28,567 nucleotides of DNA, from the NCBI RefSeq assembly GCF_006345805.1, contig NW_021827513.1, forward strand, positions 1 through 28,567, read 5' to 3'. The stretch comes from Octopus sinensis (Eukaryota). Below, piece after piece: positions 21,050 through 28,567 of this stretch; positions within the stretch are counted from its first letter, which is position 1, and each line of letters begins with the position of its first letter. A program made the position numbers and the translations under genes. Below the pieces are notes generated by a model, which worked only from the letters and a program-made list of their open reading frames with translations, did not search any database and was not told the origin of the DNA.

Positions 21050-21240
21050 CACTAGCGCTTGGCAACCGGTACTCGTTTGCTTACCTCCCCGTAATTTAGA
21101 GGTCAAGCAAAACAACAACGTCAGAATAAATATTAGGCTTTCGATTAAACAGGTCCTACCAGCGATTTGCTCGGCTAAAACCCCTTTCAGTCGGTGCCCC
21201 AACATGACCGCCGTGACCCAATGTCAGAAGCATACGAATT
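21050..21240 (+). mobile_element. Diverged 3' half of OR-type SINE
   Basis: GCTTGGCAACCGGTACTCGTTTGCTTACCTCCCCGTAATTTAG...GGTGCCCCAACATGACCGC. Confidence 0.6.
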
Positions 21241-21699
21241 ATTCATGAAATACATCTGAATGAAGCCCATTTCGTCTCTTTATTATTTCATTTTACTTTC
21301 CTTCTTTCCTAAGCTTTTTATGTGTAATTGAGGTAACTTTGGCTGCTATATCTAGCACACTGAATGAACGACTACGTCTCCCTTGCAGTGTGTGTGGGCG
21401 AAGGCTTTCTTTTTGTTTACAAGTGTGCGTTTAGGAAGTTTTGTTAATATATGTTTCACTGGCGGCAGATGCAACCATTTCCCTGTGTATGGTCCCTTTG
21501 TTTTCTGGTGGGGTTTGCTTGCGAATATGGGATTGTGTGTCTGCGCATTAGTGTGTGTGTGCGTGTGCCTGCTCATGTGTGTGTGTGTGTGTGTGTGTGC
21601 GAGTATGTGTGTGTTAGTGTGTGCGTTTGTGATTGGTTCTCTGTTCTCTGTGTATATAAATGAACATCTCTGTTTATTTGTGTATGTCGCTTCAAATGC

Positions 21700-21936
21700 A
21701 CAAACACACACACACATACATACACACACATATATTTCTACAGAGAGAGATAGGAAGAGAGAAACATATATTTATGCATGTACTTATGTGTATATGAGAG
21801 TTTATTTAATATATATGTATATATGTATATGTATATATATATATATAATATATATATGTATGTGCATATATATCTACTAATCATATACATACATATATAT
21901 GTATACATATATATGTATATAGATATAAGTAATATA

Positions 21937-21974
<38 letters not shown>

Positions 21975-22007
21975 TATATGTATGCATATATATGTATATA
22001 TTTATAC

Positions 22008-22075
<68 letters not shown>

Positions 22076-22325
22076 TATATATATGCTATATATATGCCGG
22101 TATGTATGTTTTGTGGAGTGTGTTTAGTGGGTGTTTACTAACGTGGCAGCTGGCTCGATATATTATTACTTAGGTGTATCACATTTAACACACCGTCTTT
22201 TTTAGAGTGGTTATCATTTATATAATAATATATATAATATATAATATTATATATATATAATATATATATATTTCATTTAGAGAGATAGATAGATATGTGC
22301 ATATATAATCACATATATACTCATA

Positions 22326-22376
<51 letters not shown>

Positions 22377-22378
22377 AT

Positions 22379-22413
<35 letters not shown>

Positions 22414-22420
22414 AAACGCG
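21700..22420. repeat. Extended TA/CA-rich compound microsatellite field
   Basis: Visible runs. Confidence 0.9.
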
Positions 22421-22889
22421 CGCACACATAAGAATAACAAGTATGTGTTAGTTCATGACAAGAATATTTGTAAGTGACTTCGGAAAATAGTTTCGCCATG
22501 AACGTGTTTGTGTGGGCGTTGTTGTTTGTCCCAACCTAGGACTGTTCAGTTAGAGAAAACACATGGTCAATGACTCTCCGCACGTGACCGACTCCTAAGT
22601 GTTTCAAGAGCACATGATTCAATAATAAATGCTCCTGTGCGACGTGAGAATGAAATTTGTGGGAGACTTAACTGTTGTTTCTAACACGTTTCCATTTCTG
22701 TATAACTTCGATTAAGAATCATTGCTAAATTTAGGATTCTTATTGTTCCAAACTAATTATGATTAATTAGGAAAATACGAACTTTGCAGGTTTTTTCATG
22801 CCTGTGTTACTAAATGCAACGGCATTATCAGGTATGAGGGTTAACGACCAAAAGGAATCGTGCGTCTTACCTGAACCGTAGGCTTCTTA

Positions 22890-23095
22890 GACCCGTTTAC
22901 CGAATTCTAAGGTGCATATATTCCCCCGCCCTTCTAGACGGAAGTTACTCATTTACGCCACCTGAGTGGGCGTGAAATGAGTTGAACGTGAAATGAAGTG
23001 ATTCTTCGAGAATACAACGCATCGCATGTTCCAGGAATCGAAACCAAGATCTTACGACCATGATTGCAACACATTAACCACAAATCCAGCACTTC
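22890..23095 (-). mobile_element. tRNA-SINE, third family
   Basis: AACGTGAAATGAAGTGATTCTTCGAGAATACAACGCATCGC...CCAGGAATCGAAACC...CTTACGACCATGA...TAACCAC; B-box GGTTTCGATTCC on the minus strand. Confidence 0.7.
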
Positions 23096-23234
23096 TACAG
23101 ACTTATGCACACACACACACACATCTTTTATCTTTCACTGGTTTTAGCCAGAGCCTAAGGCCATGCTGGAGCACTGCCTTTCAGTGTATCTGAGTTCTTT
23201 TTCTGTACAGTTTGTGGTAATTCTAGCGAATTAA

Positions 23235-23360
23235 CTTCTTTCAGTTTCCGCCTGCTAAATCCACTCACAAGACTCTCCTCGGCCTGACATTACGGTAGAA
23301 GACACTTACCCAATGTGCCACGCCGTGAGTCTGAACCCGGAACCACTCGGTCACGCCCGC
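23235..23360 (-). mobile_element. 5' half of OR-type SINE
   Basis: CAGTTTCCGCCTGCTAAATCCACTCACAAG...GTAGAAGACACTTACCCAATGTGCCACGC...TGAACCCGGAACC. Confidence 0.7.
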
Positions 23361-23369
23361 GTGTATTCT

Positions 23370-23585
23370 TACTTTTTTACTCTTTTACTAGTTTCAGTTA
23401 TTTGACTGCTGGAGCACCGCCTTTAGTCGAGCAAATTGACCCCAGGACGTATTCTTTGTAAGCCTAATACATATTCTATCGGTCTCTTATGCCGAACCAC
23501 AAAGTTACGGGGACGTAATCACACCAGCATCGGTTGTCAAGCGATGTTGTGGGGGACAAACAGACACACAAACATACACACACAC

Positions 23586-23660
<75 letters not shown>

Positions 23661-23829
23661 CATATATACGACGGGCTTCTTTTTCAGTTTCCGTCTACCA
23701 AATCCACTCACAAAGCTTTGGTCGGCCCGAGGCTTTAGTAGAAGACATTGCCCAATTTGTCACACAGTGGGACTGAACCCGGAACCATGTGGTTGGTAAG
23801 CAAACTACCTACCATACAGCCACTCCTTA
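23370..23829 (-). mobile_element. Near full-length CORE-like tRNA SINE (OR-type) with internal (CA)n(TA)n
   Basis: Minus strand: A-box region GGAGTGGCTGTATGGTAGG, B-box GGTTCCGGGTTCAGTCCC, CORE-like TGTGTGACAAATTGGGCAATGTCTTC, and tail ending GTAAAAGAGTAAAAAAG. Confidence 0.9.
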
Positions 23830-24266
23830 CGTTTGAATTTCCTAAGTGTTTACATTTCTGTAAATAACGCCCCAAATTTCAAACGACCCTCCATGTATGT
23901 GTATGAGCAGATTCAATAGAGCTGTTACCGAGATAAAGTTTCTTTTTATAAACCCGAAATAAAAATATAAGATCTAAGCGCTATGTCTCATGAGACATAA
24001 CTTCAGCAACACATTTTGAATTATCTCGAATGCAATGTTGACTTGAATCATTATAATGAATTTACATTTCTCATACTTATGGCAAATTCGTATCAAATCA
24101 TAACACTGAAGCTAGACTTTTGGTTCTCTGTTGAAGCGCTTAACACTGGAAGCTGAATGGAATAAGCTTCGGTGCAAGTCTCTGTCTGAAAATCTATTAA
24201 AAGATACTTCATGTTTGGTAGAAAGAAAATGGTACCTTCTTGTTGGTTAATATTGCAGTAGTGTAA

Positions 24267-24470
24267 GGCGGCGAACGGGCAGAAACGTTAGCACGCCGGA
24301 CAAATTGCTTAACGGCGTTTCGTCCGTCTTTACGTTCTGAGTTCAAATTACGCTGAGGTCGATTTACCTTTCACCATTTCGAGGTCGATAAACACTAATG
24401 GAAGTTGAATACTGCGATTGAAGCAATCGGCACATCCCCACCCATCAAATTGCTAGCCTTGTGCCAAAAT
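24267..24470 (+). mobile_element. Meta-like tRNA SINE ending in (ATT)n
   Basis: GGCGGCGAACGGGCAGAAACGTTAGCACGCCGG head, GAGTTCAAATT B-box and core. Confidence 0.85.
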
Positions 24471-24531
24471 TATTATTTTTATTATTATTATTATTATTAT
24501 TGTTGTTGTTGTTGTTGTTGTTGTTGTTATT

Positions 24532-25068
24532 ATTTTTGTCATTGCCTTTTCACAGCTTCTAATGCTGGAGAGGTACTACATTGTCAGCTGTTCACTACCA
24601 GTGAACTAAGGTAACACCTTATTTTTCGTGCACCTTTCCGGAGTATTCGAGCGGTTCCAAGCAGTGCTGTTTTCTGCAAGTGCCCCATTCTTATTGCAGC
24701 CCCTATTTGTTCCACTTACTTCTCGAGATTTTCGCTCACCGTTCCCAGGGCCCCGACAATTATTGGTACTACTACCACCTTTTTCATCGACCACAACTGA
24801 TTTACCTCCCAAGCTAACCTGTCATATCTATCAACTTTTCTTTCTTCCTTATCGCTTACCTTGTCGTCAGCATAGTTTGTTTTCTTTCTCAATTAAGACT
24901 ATGTCTGGTTTCCTATTCTCCATCTCTTAGTTGCATAGAATCATGAAATCTCATAGGATCTTTGCATTTCTATTTTCGACGGTGCCTTCAGGTTTGTGCT
25001 CGTACCTATTTTTTGCTCTGTCAAGTCCATACTTGTTGCAAAGAGTCAAATGGACAAGCCTGACTATA
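24532..25068 (-). mobile_element. R4/Dong-like non-LTR retrotransposon 3' end: restriction-like (REL) endonuclease domain, 3' UTR and (TAA)/(CAA)n tail; pseudogenised
   Basis: Minus strand reads IVRLVHLTLCNKYGLDRAKNRYEHKPEGTVENRNAKIL*DFMILCN*EMENRKPDIVLIEKENKLC, then after a deletion/frameshift ADDKVSDKEERKVDRYDRLAWEVNQLWSMKKVVVVPIIVGALGTVSENLEK*VEQIG...LQKTALLGTARILRK. The KPD, KxxRY and VPIIVGALG motifs are typical of REL-type elements. Confidence 0.85.
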
Positions 25069-25079
25069 ATATGGTGTCT

Positions 25080-25190
25080 CTTATATATGAGCCGAAACGT
25101 TGTGGTAACAACAAGTAAGGCGAGGACTCCTACCCGTCCAATTTAAATAACGTAGATGATTCCTCATCTCTAAAATATAGAATAACACGT
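25080..25190 (+). mobile_element. Truncated copy of the 12.6-kb fold-back element's right arm (3' half of the HHR motif)
   Basis: GAGCCGAAACGTTGTGGTAACAACAAGTAAGGCGAGGAC...GATTCCTCATCTCTAAAATATAGAA aligns with 12652-12747. Confidence 0.7.
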
Positions 25191-26049
25191 TTTCAACTAA
25201 ACGAAACGCCCCGTATATTGTTAGGATAGAACTTAACAATCAAGCTCGTGGCTAGCATATTTTGGCCACATCAGCGACGATGGGGAGAGGGTTGTCGTGT
25301 TGAAGAAGATGGCACTATGTCGTCATACGTCTGGAAAGAGGCCAAATTTATTCAAATTTCAAAAAGGATAAACAAAAGTTGTAAAGAAAGAATAGAGTTA
25401 CAAAAACATCGTAGAACAACGCAACTAAAAAGAAATATTAAACGGGTTAATTCAAATAACACTGGGATGAAATGAACGAATTTACTTGACAACGGAGTAG
25501 AAAATTTGCTAAAGAACCTACAGTTCTCATGTTACGAGAGAAACTGTTTTAATCGATTCCGGGTTGGGATGACCTCATCTGAGACACCAAAGAGAAGCAG
25601 GAACTATATGTGTGGCTGGGTGAGGAGGTGGTGGGAATAGGGTTAATGACACTCCGTTTCTGTTACTGTAGGAAAGTTAAACACCATGAGTCACCTGCTG
25701 CTTAAACCATTATTTGCGCTCCTCCTGTTAAGTAAAGCAATCTGTTAACCTTTATCTTGTTGCAGACGTTGGACTGCGGCCATGTTGGAGCAACGCACTG
25801 AAAGGTTTTAGTTGAAAATAAAATCGACCCTTCAATGCTTGTGTTTGATTTTCTGTTTTTATTTTTTAATGTTTTTATTTTTTGCTTGATGTTTGATATT
25901 TTTGTGTTTATTATGTCGGTCGCCTTCCCTGAACTGCTACGTTACACGGTGATAAAATATAAAAATTTCCAGCATCCCCGGTTCTAAAGCGGTGATGGTG
26001 GTGACGGTATCGAACACAACAACAGGCATATAATCTGGAACCTGATCAT

Positions 26050-26556
26050 GATGACAGCGACGACGAAGAAGTCTACGACGAAGGAGAGGAAGGAAGAGGA
26101 GGAGGAAGAGAAGGAGAAGGTAGACGTGGAGGAGAAGGATGCTGATGATCATGGTGGTGGTGGTGATGATGATAATGGTGCTGCTGCTGATGATGATGAG
26201 GAGGAGGAGGGCAAGGAGAATGTAGAAGGCTACAACATTACCGACGACGATGACGGCAGTGATGACGATAAGGACGGCGATGTCAAATGCAGGAAACAAA
26301 CAAAAGCACAAAAGTAATACGAAAGTGACGTAGACAGCAATAACAACATCAACGCCATGATTCAAAATAAAGAACAACAACAACGTCATAGTCATCGTCA
26401 TCATCATCGTCATCATCATCATCATCAACACCACCATCATCATCATTAACACCTTTCATCGTCTTCATCATCATCATCATCAACACCACCATCATTATCA
26501 TTATCAACACCATCATCGTCTTCATCATCAACATCACCATTGGCATCATCACCACC

Positions 26557-26588
<32 letters not shown>

Positions 26589-26600
26589 CAACAACAACAT
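26050..26600. repeat. Low-complexity trinucleotide mosaic (GAG/GAT/GGT, then CAT/CAC/CAA)
   Basis: Visible runs; source of the acidic and poly-M/L ORFs. Confidence 0.9.
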
Positions 26601-26654
26601 AATGATCTCAGTGACAAGGCAAGCACAGAAAGGAACACAGGGAAAATTCCACAC

Positions 26655-26687
<33 letters not shown>

Positions 26688-26784
26688 TATATATATAGAT
26701 GAGTATGTATTATATATATATCTATATATATATCTATATATATATATATACTATATATATATATATATGTATATTATATGTATG

Positions 26785-26815
<31 letters not shown>

Positions 26816-27377
26816 ATGCATATGTATATATATATATATATATAATGTAAAGAAGAAAACCCTCCAGGAAGTGTAACAGGTCTAGTAATTAGCAGACTTA
26901 ATTGAGGAAGGTGACAGAAGGAGAAAAAAAAACCCCCGAACAGACATTGAGAGAGAAGATTTATGCAACACACTTCTTGTGTCAGGTGGTTTTAATTATG
27001 AAAATCCAATTAAACATCAAAAACCAAAGCACACAAACTTATATACAACATACACACACACACATTAAAACATATACATACATACACGCATACACGCATG
27101 CATGGGCACACACGTATACGCGTCGGCATTGCACAAACATACAAACTTGTACACAAACAAATACAAATGTATATATATATATATATATTATACATACACA
27201 CACATACATCAATATATACATGTATATATATATATGCTTGTGTGTGTGTTTGCGTGCATGTGTGTGCCTGTGTTTCTACTTTCAAAGCATGTGTTTGGTT
27301 TTAGAAGTGTGTATACGAATGTATGTATATTTATATATGTACGTGTATATATATATATATATATATATATAGATTAT

Positions 27378-27417
<40 letters not shown>

Positions 27418-27625
27418 TATAATATATACGTATATAATGTCCATATAGATATGTTATATATATATATATATTTATAATATATAGGTATATATATATACCT
27501 ATATAAAATATGCATGCGTTTGTATGTGCAAATATAAAGAGAGAGAGAAAGAGAGAGAGAGAGAAATAATAACATAAACATAGGCATACATAAGCACACA
27601 TGCATATACATACATATACACTTAC

Positions 27626-27657
<32 letters not shown>

Positions 27658-27874
27658 ATGTATGTATGTATGAATGAAAGGAAGGTATACAGACAGACAA
27701 AAACACAGACACACACACACATCGTGTTATTCACGTATCCAGATACGATCTCATCCACACCTACAAAGAAATTACGTACGTTTTACACCCCAATACCCAA
27801 ACGCGAAAGGAAAACTTTAACATTTACGTTAAAAAATACATACCACAGGTATAAAAAGTATATATACACGTATA

Positions 27875-27918
<44 letters not shown>

Positions 27919-28036
27919 TACGGATGAAAACAGTTACACATGTACATTCTTATATAAGTGTATGCCTGTGTGTGTGTATATTTAGTGTTTGTATGTATGG
28001 AGTTCATAAACATACGAATATATATGTATGTTAATA

Positions 28037-28410
28037 GCGGCGAACTGGCAGAAACGTTAGCACGCCGGGCGAAATGCGTGGCCGCATTTCGTCTGCCGTT
28101 ACGTTCTGAGTTCAAATTCTGCCGAGGTCGACTTTGCCTTTCATCCTTTCGGGATCGATTAAATAAGTACCAGTTACGCACTGGGATCGATATAATCGAC
28201 TTAATCCGTTTGTCTCTCCTTGTTTAGCCAATGCGGGTAGAAAAGAAATAGGTATTTCGTCTGCCTTTACGTTCTGAGTTCAAATTCCGCCGAGGTCGAC
28301 TTTGCCTTTCGTCCTTTCAAAATTAAGTACTAGTCGCGTACTGGGGTCGATCTAATCAACTGGCCCCGTCTCCCAAAATTTGCGGCCTTGTGTCTAGAGT
28401 AGAAAAGAAT
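28037..28410 (+). mobile_element. Meta-like tRNA SINE dimer (one head, two bodies with different tails)
   Basis: A-box TGGCAGAAACGTT (28046), B-box GAGTTCAAATTC (28108), junction AAAGAAATAG|GTATTTCGTCTG at 28251/28252. Confidence 0.9.
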
Positions 28411-28416
28411 ATATTT

Positions 28417-28567
28417 GAGAGCGCGTGGCCTACTGGTTAGTGTATTGCACACGCGATCTCGAGATCGTGGGTTCGATTCTAGGAACGGGTGCTACGTTGT
28501 GCTTTTGTGCAGAACACTTCCACTCGCTTATCTCTACGATCACCTCGACTTTTGAGGTGGGCCAACA
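28417..28567 (+). mobile_element. tRNA-derived SINE head (third family), may run past the window end
   Basis: GCGCGTGGCCTACTGGTTAG A-box, GGGTTCGATTCT B-box, then GTTGTGCTTTTGTGCAGAACACTT. There is no 3' acceptor arm, so this is not a tRNA gene. Confidence 0.7.

Noticed and set aside
11548-25068. Repeated Trp-to-stop (TGG>TGA/TAG) changes in LINE remnants as a deaminase signature
   Set aside because: Few events, and these single transitions are the expected route to stops under neutral decay; cannot be distinguished without consensus sequences.
26048-26600. Acidic ORF (26048-26317) and GAT-to-CAT strand switch as a protein or fold-back RNA
   Set aside because: Pure low-complexity mosaic; the complementarity follows from trinucleotide composition.
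228-28227. The ~100 listed ORFs as protein-coding genes
   Set aside because: Nearly all are translations of (TA)n/(CA)n/(TATG)n/trinucleotide repeats (YI, HT, CV, poly-N/Y/V) or of SINE bodies. No splice-supported or domain-bearing host exon was recognised.
28417-28500. Possible tRNA gene
   Set aside because: A and B boxes are present but there is no acceptor-stem closure; it continues into SINE body sequence. The same applies to the other tRNA-like heads.

Overview
Eukaryotic, AT-rich, repeat-saturated non-coding DNA. The repeat families look like octopus/coleoid cephalopod ones; this is an inference from recalled SINE families and dense (TA)n/(CA)n/(TATG)n/(ATT)n microsatellites. I find no intact protein-coding gene: almost all listed ORFs are translations of microsatellites or SINEs. 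The window holds (i) many tRNA-derived SINEs of at least three families, including head-to-tail 184-bp concatemers, and (ii) decayed non-LTR retrotransposon fragments: a Tx1/L1-like 3' end, an RTE C-terminus, an R4/Dong-like restriction-like endonuclease 3' end, and two probable Penelope RT scraps. It also holds (iii) fold-back elements and (iv) three different minimal type I hammerhead-ribozyme (HHR) motifs. The best candidate for an undescribed system is at 9406-10371: a young ~365-bp unit in tandem and inverted copies, carrying an HHR with a covarying U3:A8 core and a palindromic stem III. This is the architecture of a Penelope-related non-autonomous retrozyme/circRNA element. All alignments and translations were done by eye, and family names are from memory, not from database searches.
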